64,000 nucleotides of DNA. Origin: Eledone cirrhosa (lineage: Eukaryota). The stretch spans positions 145,390,001 through 145,454,000 of the forward strand of contig OZ024743.1 of NCBI GenBank assembly GCA_964016885.1, read 5' to 3'. Under the pieces are notes generated by a model. That model saw only the letters and a list, made by a program, of their open reading frames with translations, made no database searches and was not told the DNA's origin. The position numbers were made by a program, and so were the translations under genes. Positions within the stretch are counted from its first letter, which is position 1; each line of letters begins with the position of its first letter. Positions 1 through 16,917 of this stretch are shown here, one piece after another.

Positions 1-3000
1 CACACTAGTGATCTAAGATAGAATATAAATATACGCAGATGCAATAGCGACAACCGTACACAAACACACAGTAGTGACCAACGATAGAATATAAATATAC
101 ATAGATGCAATAGCAACAACCATACACAAACACACACTAGTGATCTAAGATAGAATATAAATATACACAGATGCAATGGCAACAACGATACACAAACACA
201 CACTAGTGATCTAAGATAGAATATAAATATACACAGATGCAATAGCAACAACCATACACAAAAACACACTAGTGATCTAAGATAGAATATAAATATACAC
301 AGATGCAATAGCAACAACCATACACAAACACACACTAGTGATCTAGGATAGAATATAAATATACACAGATGCAATAGCAACAACCATACACAAACACACA
401 CTAGTGATCTAAGATAGAATATAAATATACACAGATGAAATAGCAACAACCATACACAAACACACACTAGTGACCAAACATAGAATATTAATATACAGAG
501 ATGCAATAGCAACAACGATACACAAACACACACTAGTGATCTAAGATAGAATATAAATATACGCAGATGCAATAGCGACAACCATACACAAACACACACT
601 AGTGACCAAAGATAGAATATAAATATACATAGATGCAATAGCAACAACCGTACACAAACACACACTAGTAACCAAAGATAGAATATAAATATACATATAT
701 GCAATAGCAACAACCATACACAAACACACACTAGTGATCTAAGATAGAATATAAATATACACAGATGCAATAGCAACAACCATACACAAAGACACACCAG
801 TGATCTAAGATAGAATATAAATATACACAGATGCAATGGCAACAACCATACACAAACACACACTAGTGACCAAACATAGAATATAAATATACAGAGATGC
901 AATAGCAACAACGATACACAAACACACACTAGAGATCTAAGATAGAATATAAATATACGCAGATGCAATAGCGACAACCATACACAAACACACAGTAGTG
1001 ACCAAAGATAGAATATAAATATACATAGATGCAATAGCAACAACCATACACAAACACACACTAGTGATCTAAGATAGAATATAAATATACGCAGATGCAA
1101 TAGCAACAACCATACACAAACACACACTAGTGTTGTAAGATAGAATATAAATATTAACAGATGCAATAGCAACAAACATACACAAACACACACTAGTGTT
1201 GTAAGATAGAATATAAATATACACACATGCAATAGCAGCAACCATACACAAACACACACTAGTGATCAAAGATAGAATATAAATATACACAGATGCAATA
1301 GCAACGACCATACACAAACACACACTAGTGACACAAGATAGAATGTAAATATACACAGATGCAATAGCAACAAACATACACAAACACACAGTAGTGACCA
1401 AAGATAGAATATAAATATACATAGATGCAATAGCAACAACCATACACAAACACACAGAGTGATGTAAGATAGAATATAAATATACACAGATGCAAGTTTA
1501 ACAACCATACACAAACACACACTAGTGATCTAAGATAGAATATAAATATACAACAGATGCAATAGCGACAACCATACACAAACACACACTAGTGATCTAA
1601 GATAGAATATAAATATACACAGATGCAATAGCAACAACCATACACAAACACACACTAGTGATCTAAGATGGAATATAAATATACACAGATGCAATAGCAA
1701 CAACCATACACAAACACACACTAGTGACCTAAGATAGAATATAAATATACACAGATGCAATAGCGACAACCATACACAAACACACACTAGTGATCTAAGA
1801 TAGAATATAAATATACACAGATGCAATGGCAACAACGATACACAAACACACAGTAGTGACCAAAGATAGAATATAAATATACATAGATTCAATAGCAACA
1901 ACCATACATAAACACACATTAGTGATCTAAGATAGAATATAAATATACACAGATGCAATAGCAACAACCATACACAAACACACACTAGTGACCAAAGATA
2001 GAATATAAATATACATAGATGCAATAGCAACAACCGTACACAAACACACACTAGTGATCTAAGATAGAATATAAATATACACAGATGCAATAGCAACAAC
2101 CATACACAAACACACACTAGTGATCTAAGATAGAATATAAATATACACAGATGAAATAGCAACAACCATACACAAACACACACTAGTGACCAAAGATAGA
2201 ATATAAATATACAGAGATGCAATAGCAACAACGATACACAAACACACACTAGTGATCTAAGATAGAATATAAATATACGCAGATGCAATAGCGACAACCA
2301 TACACAAACACACACTAGTGACCAAAGATAGGATATAAATATACATATATGCAATAGCAACAACCATACACAAACACACACTAGTGATCTAAGATAGAAT
2401 ATAAATATACACAGATGCAATAGCGACAAGCATACACAAACACACACTAGTGACCAAACATAGAATATAAATATACAGAGATGCAATAGCAACAACGATA
2501 CACAATCACACACTAGTGATCTAAGATAGAATATAAATATACGCAGATGCAATAGCGACAACCATACACAAACACACAGTAGTGACCAAAGATAGAATAT
2601 AAATATACATAGATGCAATAGCAACAACCATACACAAACACACACTAGTGATCTAAGATAGAATATAAATATACACAGATGCAATGGCAACAACGATACA
2701 CAAACACACACTAGTGATCTAAGATAGAATATAAATATACACAGATGCAATAGCAACAACCATACACAAACACACACTTGTGATCTAGGATAGAATATAA
2801 ATATACACAGATTCAATAGCAACAACCATACACAAACAAACACTAGTGATCTAAGATAGAATATAAATATACACAGATGCAATAGCAACAACCATACACA
2901 AACACACACTAGTGATCTAAGATAGAATATAAATATTAACAGATGCAATAGCAACAACCATACACAAACACACACTAGTGATCTAAGATAGAATATAAAT

Positions 3001-6000
3001 ATACACAGATGCAATGGCAACAACCAAACACAAACACACACTAGTGATCTAAGATATAATATACATATACACAGATCCAATAGCAACGACCATACAAAAA
3101 CACACACTACTGATCTAAGATAGAATATAAATATACGCAGATGCAATAGCAACAACCATACACAAACACACACTAGTGTTGTAAGATAGAATATAAATAT
3201 TAACAGATGCAATAGCAACAAACATACACAAACACACACTAGTGTTGTAAGATAGAATATAAATATACACACATGCAATAGCAACAACCATACACAAACA
3301 CACACTAGTGATCAAAGATAGAATATAAATATACACAGATGCAATAGCAACAACCATACACAAACACACACTAGTGACACAAGATAGAATGTAAATATAC
3401 ACAGATGCAATAGCAAGAACCATACACAAACACACAGTAGTGACCAAAGATAGAATATAAATATGCATAGATGCAATAGTAACAACCATACACAAACACA
3501 CACTAGTGATCTAAGATAGAATATAAATATACACAGATGCAATGGCAACAACGATACACAAACACACACTAGTGGTCTAAGATAGAATATAAATATACAC
3601 AGATGCAATAGCAACAACCATACACAAACACACAGTAGTGACCAAAGATAGAATATAAATATACATAGATTCAATAGCAACAACCATACACAAACACACA
3701 TTAGTGATCTAAGATAGAATATAAATATACACAGATGCAATAGCAACAACCATACACAAACACACACTAGTGACCAAAGATAGAATATAAATATACATAG
3801 ATGCAATAGCAACAACCGTACACAAACACACACTAGTGATCTAAGATAGAATATAAATATACACAGATGCAATGGCAACAACCATACACAAACACACACT
3901 AGTGACCAAACATAGAATTTAAATATACAGAGATGCAATAGCAACAACGATACACAAACACACACTAGTGATCAAAGATAGAATATAAATATACGCAGAT
4001 GCAATAGCGACAACCATACACAAACACACAGTAGTGACCAAAGATAGAATATAAATATACATAGATGCAATAGCAATAACCATACACAAACACACACTAG
4101 TGATCTAAGATAGAATATAAATATACACAGATGCAATGGCAACAACGATACACAAACACACACTAGTGATCTAAGATAGAATATAAATATACGCAGATGC
4201 AATAGCGACAACCATACACAAACACACACTAGTGACCAAAGATAGAATATAAATATACATAGATGCAATAGCAACAACCGTACACAAACACACACTAGTG
4301 ACACAAGATAGAATGTAAATATACACAGATGCAATAGCAACAACCATACACAAACACACAGTAGTGATCTAAGATAGAATATAAATATACACAGATGCAA
4401 TGGCAACAACCATACACAAACACACACTAGTGACCAAAGATAGAATATAAATATACATAGATGCAATAGCAACAACCATACACAAACACACACTAGTGAT
4501 CTAAGATAGAATATAAATATACACAGATGCAATGGCAACAACGATAGACAAACACACACTAGTGATCTAAGATAGAATATAAATATACACAGATGCAATA
4601 GCAACAACCATACACAAACACACACTAGTGGTCTAGGATAGAATATAAATATACACAGATTCAATAGCAACAACCATACACAAACAAACACTAGTGATCT
4701 AAGATAGAATATAAATATACACAGATGCAATAGCAACAACGATACACAAACACACACTAGTGATCTAAGATAGAATATAAATATACGCAGATGCAATAGC
4801 GACAACCATACACAAACACACAGTAGTGACCAAAGATAGAATATAAATATACATAGATGCAATAGCAACAACCATACACAAACACACACTAGTGATCTAA
4901 GATAGAATATAAATATACACAGATGCAATGGCAACAACGATACACAAACACACACTAGTGATCTAAGATAGAATATAAATATACACAGATGCAATAGCAA
5001 CAACCATACACAAAGACACACTAGTGATCTAAGATAGAATATAAATATACACAGATGCAATAGCAACAACCATACACAAACACACACTAGTGACCTAAGA
5101 TAGAATATAAATATACACACATGCAATAACAACAAACATACACAAACACACATTAGTGACCAAAGATTGAATATAAATATACACAGATGCAATAGCAACA
5201 ACGATACACAAACACACAGAGTGATGTAAGATAGAATATAAATATACACAGATGCAAGAGTAACAACCATACACAAACACACACTAGTGATCTAAGATAG
5301 AATATAAATATACGCAGATGCAATAGCAACAACGATACACAAACACACACTAGTGATCTAAGATAGAATATAAATATACGCAGATGCAATAGCGACAACC
5401 ATACACACACACACTAGTGACCTAAGATAGAATATAAATATACACAGATGGAATAGCGACAACCATACACAAACACACACTAGTGACTAAAGATAGAATA
5501 TAAATATACACAGATGCAATAGTAACAACCATACACAAACACACACTAGTGATCTAAGATAGAATATAAATATACACAGATGAAATAGCAACCACCATAC
5601 ATAAACACACACTAGTGATCTAAGATAGAATATAAATATACACAGATGAAATAGCAACAAACATACACAAACACACACTAGTGATCTAAGATAGAATATA
5701 AATATACACAGATGAAATAGCAACAACCATACACAAACACACACTAGTGATCTAAGATAGAATATAAATATACACAGATGCAATAGCAACAACCATACAC
5801 AAACACACATTAGTGACCAAAGATTGAATATAAATATACACAGATGCAATAGCAACAACGATACACAAACACACACTAGTGATCTAAGATAGAATATAAA
5901 TATACACAGATGCAATAGCAACAACTATACACAAACACACACTTGTGATCTAAGATAGAATATAAATAAACACAGATGCAATAGCAACAAACATACACAA

Positions 6001-9000
6001 ACACACACTAGTGATCTAAGATAGAATATAAATATACGTAGATGCAATAGCAACAACCATACACAAACACACACTAGTGATCTAAGATAGAATATAAATA
6101 TACACAGATGCAATAGCAACAACCATACACAAACACACACTAGTGATCTAAGATAGAATATAAATATACAGAGATGCAATAGCAACAACCATACACAAAC
6201 ACACACTAGTGATCTAAGATATAATATAAATATACGCAGATGCAATAGCAACAGCCATACACAAACACACACTAGTGATCTAAGATATAATATAAATATA
6301 CACAGATCCAATAGCAACGACCATACAAAAACACACACTACTGATCTAAGATAGAATATAAATATACGCAGATGCAATAGCAACAACCATACACAAACAC
6401 ACACTAGTGTTGTAAGATAGAATATAAATATTAACAGATGCAATAGCAACAAACATACACAAACACACACTAGTGTTGTAAGATAGAATATAAATATACA
6501 CACATGCAATAGCAACAACCATACACAAACACACACTAGTGATCAAAGATAGAATATAAATATACACAGATGCAATAGCAACAACCATACACAAACACAC
6601 ACTAGTGACACAAGATAGAATGTAAATATACACAGATGCAATAGCAACAACCATACACAAACACACAGTAGTGACCAAAGATAGAATATAAATATACATA
6701 GATGCGATAGCAACAACCATACACAAACACACACTAGTGATCTAAGATAGAATATAAATATACACAGATGCAATGGCAACAACGATACACAAACACACAC
6801 TAGTGATCTAAGATAGAATATAAATATACACAGATGCAATAGCAACAACCATACACAAACACACAGTAGTGACCAAAGATAGAATATAAATATACATAGA
6901 TTCAATAGCAACAACCATACACAAACACACATTAGTGATCTAATATAGAAAATAAATAAACACAGATGCAATAGCAACAACCATACACAAACACACACTA
7001 GTGACCAAAGATAGAATATAAATATACACAGATGCAATAGCAACAACCATACACAAACACACACTAGTGATCTAAGATAGAATATAAATATACACAGATG
7101 CAATAGCAACAACCATACACAAACACACACTAGTGATCTAAGATAGAATATAAATATACACAGATGCAATGGCAACAACCATACACAAACACACACTAGT
7201 GATCTCAGATAGAATATAAATATACACAGATGCAATAGCAACAACCATACACAAACACACACTAGTGACTAAAGATAGAATATAAATATTAACAGATGCA
7301 ATAGCAACAACCATACACTTACACACACTATTGATCTAAGATAGAATATAAATATACACAGATGCAATAGCAACAACCATACACAAACACAGACTAGTGA
7401 CCAAAGATAGAATATAAATATTAACAGATGCAATAGCAACAACCATACACAACACACAGTAGTGACCAAAGATAGAATATAAATATACATAGATGCAATA
7501 GCAACAACCATACACAAACACACACTAGTGATCTAAGATAGAATATAAATATTAACAGATGCAATAGCAACAACCATACACAAACACACACTAGTGATCT
7601 AAGATAGAATATAAATATACACAGATGCAATAGCAACAACCATACACAAAGACACACTAGTGATCTAAGATAGAATATAAATATACACAGATGCAATAGC
7701 AACAACCATACATAAACACACACTAGTGACCTAAGATAGAATATAAATATACACACATGCAATAACAACAAACATACACAAACACACATTAGTGACCAAA
7801 GATTGAATATAAATATACACAGATGCAATAGCAACAACGATACACAAACACACACTAGTGACCAAAGATAGAATATAAATATACACAGATGCAATAGCAA
7901 CAACCATACACAAACACACACTAGTGATCTAAGATAGAATATAAATATACGCAGATGCAATAGCGACAACCATATACAAACACACACTAGTGATCTAAGA
8001 TAGAATATAAATATACACAGATGCAATAGCAACAACCATACACAAACACACACTAGTGATCTAAGATAGAATATAAATATACACAGATGCAATAGCAACA
8101 ACCATACACAAACACACACTAGTGACCAAAGATAGAATATAAATATACACAGATCCAATAGCAACAACCATACACAAACACACACTAGTGACATAAGATA
8201 GAATATAAATATACACAGATGCAATAGCAACAACCATACACAAACACACACTAGTGACCAAAGATAGAATATAAATATACACAGATGCAATAGCAACAAC
8301 CATACACAAACACACACTAGTGACCAAAGATAGAATATAAATATACACAGATGCAATAGCAACAACGATACACAAACACACAGAGTGATGTAAGATAGAA
8401 TATAAATATACACAGATGCAATAGCAACAACCATACACAAACACACACTAATGATCTAAGATAGAATATAAATATGCACAGATGCAATAGCAACAACCAT
8501 ACACAAACACACACTAGTGAGCTAAGATAGAATATAAATATACACAGATGCAATAGCAACAAGCATACACAAACACACACTTGTGATCTAAGATAGAATA
8601 TTAATATATGCAGATGCAATAGCAACAACCATACACATACACACAGAGTGATGTAAGATAGAATATGAATATACACAGATGCAATAGCGACAACCATACA
8701 CAAACACACACTAGTGACTAAAGATAGAATATAAATATACACAGATGCAATAGTCACAACCATACACAAACACACACTAGTGATCTCAGATAGAATATAA
8801 ATATACACAGATGAAATAGCAACAACCATACACAAACACACACTAGTGATCTAAGATAGAATATAAATATACACAGATGAAATAGCAACAACCATACACA
8901 AACACACACTAGTGATCTAAGATAGAATATAAATATACACAGATGAAATAGCAACAACCATACACAAACACACACTAGTGATCTAAGATAGAATATAAAT

Positions 9001-12000
9001 ATACACAGATGAAATAGCAAAAACCATACACAAACACACACTAGTGATCTAAGATAGAATGTAAATATACACAGATGCAATAGCAACAACCATACACAAA
9101 CACACATTAGTGACCAAAGATTGAATATAAATATACACAGATGCAATAGCAACAACGATACACAAACACACACTAGTGATCTAAGATAGAATATAAATAT
9201 ACACAGATGCAATAGCAACAACTATACACAAACACACACTAGTGATCTAAGATAGAATATAAATATACACAGATGCAATAGCAACAAACATACACAAACA
9301 CACACTAGTGATCTAAGATAGAATATAAATATACGCAGATGCAATAGCAACAACCATACACAAACACACACTAGTGATCTAAGATAGAATATAAATATAC
9401 ACAGATGCAATAGCAACAACCATACACAAACACACACTAGTGATCTAAGATAGAATATAAATATACACAGATGCGATAGCAACAACCATACACAAACACA
9501 CACTAGTGATCTAAGATATAATATAAATATACGCAGATGCAATAGCAACAACCATACACAAACACACACTAGTGATCTAAGATATAATATAAATATACAC
9601 AGATCCAATAGCAACGACCATACAAAAACACACACTACTGATCTAAGATAGAATATAAATATACGCAGATGCAATAGCAACAACCATACACAAACACACA
9701 CTAGTGATCTAAGATAGAATATAAATATACACAGATGCAATAGCAACAACCATACACAAACACACACTAGTGATCTAAGATAGAATATAAATATACACAG
9801 ATGCAATAGCAACAACCATACACAAACACACACTAGTGATCTAAGATAAAATATAAATATACGCAGATGCAATAGCAACAACCATACACAAACACACACT
9901 AGTGATCTAAGATAGAATATAAATATTAACAGATGCAATAGCAACGACCATACACAAACACACACTAGTGTTGTAAGGTAGAATATAAATATTAACAGAT
10001 GCAATAGCAACAAACATACACAAACACACACTAGTGTTGTAAGATAGAATATAAATATACACACATGCAATAGCAACAACCATACACAAACACACACTAG
10101 TGATCAAAGATAGAATATAAATATACACAGATGCAATAGCAACAACCATACACAAACACACACTAGTGACACAAGATAGAATATAAATATACACAGATTC
10201 AATAGCAACAACCATACACAAACACACAGTAGTGACCAAAGATAGAATATAAATATACATAGATGCAATAGCAACAACCATACACAAACACACACTAGTG
10301 ACCAAAGATAGAATATAAATATACATAGATGCAATAGCAACAACCGTACACAAACACACACTAGTGATCTAAGATTGACTATAAATATACACAGATGCAA
10401 TAGCAACAACCATACACAAACACACTCTAGTGATCTAAGATAGAATATAAATATACACAGACGCAATAGCAACAACCATACACAAACACACACTAGAGAT
10501 CTAAGATAGAATATAAATATACACAGATGCAATAGCAACAACCATACACAAACACACACTAGTAACCAAAGATAGAATATAAATATACACAGATGCAATA
10601 GCAACAACGATACACAAACACACACTAGTGATCTAAGATAGAATATAAATATACGCAGATGCAATAGCGACAACCATTCACACACACACACTAGTGACCT
10701 AAGATAGAATATAAATATACACAGATGCAATAGCGACAACCATACACAAACACACACTAGTGACTAAAGATAGAATATAAATATACACAGATGCAATAGT
10801 AACAACCATACATCAAACACACACTAGTGATCTAAGATAGAATATAAATATACACAGATGAAATAGCAACAACCATACACAAACACACACTAGTGATCTA
10901 AGATAGAATATAAATATACACAGATGAAATAGCAAAAACCATACACAAACACACACTAGTGTTCTAAGATAGAATATAAATATACACAGATGCAATAGCA
11001 ACAACCATACACAAACACACATTAGTGACCAAAGGTTGAATATAAATATACACAGATGCAATAGCAACAACGATACACAAACACACACTAGTGATCTAAG
11101 ATAGAATATAAATATACACAGATGCAATAGCAACAACTATACACAAACACACACTAGTGATCTAAGATAGAATATAAATATACACAGATGCAATAGCAAC
11201 AAACATACACAAACACACACTAGTGATCTAAGATAGAATATAAATATACGCAGATGCAATAGCAACAACCATACACAAACACACACTAGTGATCTAAGAT
11301 AGAATATAAATATACACAGATGCAATAGCAACAACCATACACAAACACACCCTAGTGATCTAAGATATAATATAAATATACGCAGATGCAATAGCAACAA
11401 CCATACACAAACACACACTAGTGATCTAAGATATAATATAAATACACACAGATCCAATAGCAACGACCATACAAAAACACACACTACTGATCTAAGATAG
11501 AATATAAATATACGCAGATGCAATAGCAACAACCATACACAAACACACACTAGTGATCTAAGATAGAATATAAATATACACAGATGCAATAGCAACAACC
11601 ATACACAAACACACACTAGTGATCTAAGATAGAATATAAATATACACAGATGCAATAGCAACAACCATACACAAACACACACTAGTGATCTAAGATAAAA
11701 TATAAATATACGCAGATGCAATAGCAACAACCATACACAAACACACACTAGTGATCTAAGATAGAATATAAATATTAACAGATGCAATAGCAACGACCAT
11801 ACACAAACACACACTAGTGTTGTAAGGTAGAATATAAATATTAACAGATGCAATAGCAACAAACATACACAAACACACACTAGTGTTGTAAGATAGAATA
11901 TAAATATACACACATGCAATAGCAACAACCATACACAAACACACACTAGTGATCAAAGATAGAATATAAATATACACAGATGCAATAGCAACAACCATAC

Positions 12001-15000
12001 ACAAACACACACTAGTGACACAAGATAGAATATAAATATACACAGATTCAATAGCAACAACCATACACAAACACACAGTAGTGACCAAAGATAGAATATA
12101 AATATACATAGATGCAATAGCAACAACCATACACAAACACACACTAGTGACCAAAGATAGAATATAAATATACATAGATGCAATAGCAACAACCGTACAC
12201 AAACACACACTAGTGATCTAAGATTGAATATAAATATACACAGATGCAATAGCAACAACCATACACAAATACACTCTAGTGATCTAAGATAGAATATAAA
12301 TATACACAGACGCAATAGCAACAACCATACACAAACACACACTAGAGATCTAAGATAGAATATAAATATACACAGATGCAATAGCAACAACCATACACAA
12401 ACACACACTAGTAACCAAAGATAGAATATAAATATACGCAGATGCAATAGCAACAACCATACACAAACACACACTAGTGATCTAAGATAGAATATAAATA
12501 ATAACAGATGCAATAGCAACGACCATACACAAACACACAGTAGTGTTGTAAGATAGAATATAAATATTAACAGATGCAATAGCAACAAACATACACAAAC
12601 ACACACTAGTGTTGTAAGATAGAATATAAATATACACACATGCAATAGCAACAACCATACACAAACACACACTAGTGATCAAAGATAGAATATAAATATA
12701 CACAGATGCAATAGCAACAACCATACACAAACACACACTAGCGACACAAGATAGAATATAAATATACACAGATGCAATAGCAACAACCATACACAAACAC
12801 ACAGTAGTGACCAAAGATAGAATATAAATATACATAGATGCAATAGCAACAACGATACACAAACACACACTAGTGATCTAAGATAGAATTTAAATATACA
12901 CAGATGCAATAGCAACAACCATACACAAACACACACTAGTGACCAAAGATAGAATATAAATATACATAGATGCAATAGCAACAACTGTACACAAACACAC
13001 ACTAGTGATCTAAGATAGAATATAAATATACAGAGACGCAATAGCAACAACCATACACAAACACACACTAGAGATCTAAGATAGAATATAAATATACACA
13101 GATGCAATAGCAACAACCATACACAAACACACACTAGTAACCAAAGATAGAATATAAATATACATAGATGCAATAGCAACAACCATACACAAACACACAC
13201 TAGTGATCTAAGATAGAATATAAATATTAACAGATGCAATAGCAACGACCATACACAAACACACACTAGTGTTGTAAGGTAGAATATAAATATTAACAGA
13301 TGCAATAGCAACAAACATACACAAACACACACTAGTGTTGTAAGATAGAATATAAATATACACACATGCAATAGCAACAACCATACACAAACACACACTA
13401 GTGATCAAAGATAGAATATAAATATACACAGATGCAATAGTAACAACCATACACAAACACACACTAGTGACACAAGATAGAATATAAATATACACAGATG
13501 CAATAGTAACAACCATACATCAAACACACACTAGTGATCTAAGATAGAATATAAATATACACAGATGAAATAGCAACAACCATACACAAACACACACTAG
13601 TGATCTAAGATAGAATATAAATATACACAGATGAAATAGCAAAAACCATACACAAACACACACTAGTGATCTAAGATAGAATATAAATATACACAGATGC
13701 AATAGCAACAACCATACACAAACACACATTAGTGACCAAAGGTTGAATATAAATATACACAGATGCAATAGCAACAACGATACACAAACACACACTAGTG
13801 ATCTAAGATAGAATATAAATATACACAGATGCAATAGCAACAACTATACACAAACACACACTAGTGATCTAAGATAGAATATAAATATACACAGATGCAA
13901 TAGCAACAAACATACACAAACACACACTAGTGATCTAAGATAGAATATAAATATACGCAGATGCAATAGCAACAACCATACACAAACACACACTAGTGAT
14001 CTAAGATAGAATATAAATATACACAGATGCAATAGCAACAACCATACACAAACACACCCTAGTGATCTAAGATATAATATAAATATACGCAGATGCAATA
14101 GCAACAACCATACACAAACACACACTAGTGATCTAAGATATAATATAAATACACACAGATCCAATAGCAACGACCATACAAAAACACACACTACTGATCT
14201 AAGATAGAATATAAATATACGCAGATGCAATAGCAACAACCATACACAAACACACACTAGTGATCTAAGATAGAATATAAATATTAACAGATGCAATAGC
14301 AACGACCATACACAAACACACAGTAGTGTTGTAAGATAGAATATAAATATTAACAGATGCAATAGCAACAAACATACACAAACACACACTAGTGTTGTAA
14401 GATAGAATATAAATATACACACATGCAATAGCAACAACCATACACAAACACACACTAGTGATCAAAGATAGAATATAAATATACACAGATGCAATAGCAA
14501 CAACCATACACAAACACACACTAGCGACACAAGATAGAATATAAATATACACAGATGCAATAGCAACAACCATACACAAACACACAGTAGTGACCAAAGA
14601 TAGAATATAAATATACATAGATGCAATAGCAACAACCATACACAAACACACACTAGTGATCTAAGATAGAATATAAATATACACAGATGCAATGGCAACA
14701 ACGATACACAAACACACACTAGTGATCTAAGATAGAATATAAATATACACAGATGCAATAGCAACAACCATACACAAACACACAGTAGTGACCAAAGATA
14801 GAATATAAATATACATAGATTCAATAGCAACAACCATACACAAACACACATTAGTGATCTAAGATAGAATATAAATATACACAGATGCAATAGCAACAAC
14901 CATACACAAACACACACTAGTGACCAAAGATAGAATATAAATATACATAGATGCAATAGCAACAACCGTACACAAACACACACTAGTGATCTAAGATAGA

Positions 15001-15720
15001 ATATAAATATACACAGACGCAATAGCAACAACCATACACAAACACACACTAGAGATCTAAGATAGAATATAAATATACACAGATGCAATAGCAACAACCA
15101 TACACAAACACACACTAGTAACCAAAGATAGAATATAAATATACATAGATGCAATAGCAACAACCATACACAAACACACACTAGTGATCTAAGATAGAAT
15201 ATAAATATACACAGATGCAATAGCAACAACCATACACAAACACAGACTAGTGTCCAAAGATAGAATATAAATATTAACAGATGCAATAGCAACAACCATA
15301 CACAAACACACAGTAGTGACCAAAGATAGAATATAAATATACATAGATGCAATAGCAACAACCATACACAAACACACACTAGTGATCTAAGATAGAATAT
15401 AAATATACACAGATGCAATGGCAACAACGATACACAAACACACACTAGTGATCTAAGATAGAATATAAATATACACAGATGCAATAGCAACAACCATACA
15501 CAAACACACACTAGTGATCTAGGATAGAATATAAATATACACAGATGCAATTGCAACAACCATACACAAACACACACTAGTGATCTTAGATAGAACATAA
15601 ATATACACAGATGCAATAGCAACAACCATACACAAACACACACTAGTGACCAAAGATAGAATATAAATATACACAGATGCAATAGCAACAACCATACACA
15701 AGCACACACTACTGACTAAA
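1..15720. repeat. 66-bp tandem satellite, ~238 monomers, continues past the window start
   Basis: Consensus CACACTAGTGATCTAAGATAGAATATAAATATACACAGATGCAATAGCAACAACCATACACAAACA repeated head-to-tail with few substitutions; ACTAGT (SpeI) in most units; degenerates at ~15,700. Confidence 0.99.
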
Positions 15721-15859
15721 GATAAAATATAAACAGATAAACGCACGCAGACTCAGACACGAACATACAAACATACACCAAAAAGAATATACGTACACAA
15801 ACCCATGCGCAAACAGAAACTACAAAAAAAAAACTTAGAAAAACACAACGTGAAGGTAA

Positions 15860-15905
15860 TCACTGAAGATGTCTCAGAAAAATATGTGGGACGAAAGAAC
15901 TTTGA
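15860..15905 (+). ncRNA. Minimal type I hammerhead ribozyme (weak stem I)
   Basis: TCA-CTGAAGA-T-GTCTCA/TGGGAC-GAAA-GAAC-TT-TGA. Confidence 0.6.
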
Positions 15906-15930
15906 GAAACTCTGAGAAATTATATATATA

Positions 15931-16123
15931 ATAATTGTTTCTTCTTTTGGCACAAGGCCAGCAAATACCAGTGCATTACTGGTACTTTATTTTATCGACC
16001 CCGTAATGTTGAAAAGCAAAATTAACCTCGGCAGGATTTGAACTCAGAATGGAAAGGGCCGTAACTCTATGCGTCAAAGCATGGCGTCCGACCCTCTTCT
16101 GATACAGCCAATCCACCACCCTC
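15931..16123 (-). mobile_element. tRNA-derived SINE (octopod-type family)
   Basis: Minus-strand A-box-like TGGCTGTATCAG, B box GAGTTCAAATCC and GGGGTCGATAAAATAAAGTACCAG core; four more copies in the window. Confidence 0.85.
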
Positions 16124-16848
16124 AATTATATTTATAATAATAATTTTAACTCTCGGTCAACCTATGATAAACATTGATTGCCAGCTAAATTATTTATAAC
16201 AATATTAAGATATGCTGTACTGAAGCGAAAAACCAAACCAAACAGTGAGTGTGTTTTATTGTTATTTTTGGCGATAATAGGACAACATGACCCTCCAAAA
16301 TATAAAAATATATATGTATGTATATATTTATGTATATATGTATATAAACGAGTGTGTGTGTGTGTGTGTGTGTGTGAAGTGCATCTGGCGACAAATTACT
16401 GGTCACGGGTGGTCTAGTATATATATAAAGATAGTCCAGAAATAGTCGTCGAAACGGCTTGAGCTCTGCCGTCGGGGTCATACTTTTTCCTATATAAAGA
16501 GAGAGAGAGGCGAATATTACGTGGCTTTGAATATATGTGGTCGAATAATATTTAAAGGAATTCAAGACACCTATAAAACTCTTGACGTCCGGTACCGTAC
16601 GAAACGGTATTTCCTAATGTAAAGGAAAACATCTAACTCAATTTACTATCATTCTCTCCTGGGTTTTTTCAACTTCTGGAAATCATATACGGGCAGGTAC
16701 TTTTATATAAGCGACTTCAACATACACGGGCGGGGGTTTATTACGCGGTGGGATGGGGAGCCAATTATATCAAAAGAGAGCGGGAAGAAAGAGGGCGGGC
16801 AAGAGATGTAGCATGTATGTGAGTGATTAGTAAGTGAGTGTGTGAGAT

Positions 16849-16917
<69 letters not shown>

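Larger units (their letters stand above)
15721..16312 (+). mobile_element. Diverged PLE 3' region/pLTR remnant contiguous with the satellite, interrupted by a SINE
   Basis: Same motif order as 56,100-56,590: CATGCGCAAA, HHR, TCGGTCA, GAAGCGAAAA..CCAAACAGTGAGTGTGTT, ATGACCCTCC..TATAA. Confidence 0.75.

Noticed and set aside
1-15720. CRISPR-like 66-bp periodicity
   Set aside because: The whole unit repeats, with no unique spacers and no cas genes, in a eukaryotic context.
541-15746. Long hydrophobic Cys/Leu-rich ORFs (up to 591 aa) on the minus strand
   Set aside because: A 66-bp unit is 22 codons, so stop-free frames propagate. Indels shift frames freely, with no sign of coding constraint.
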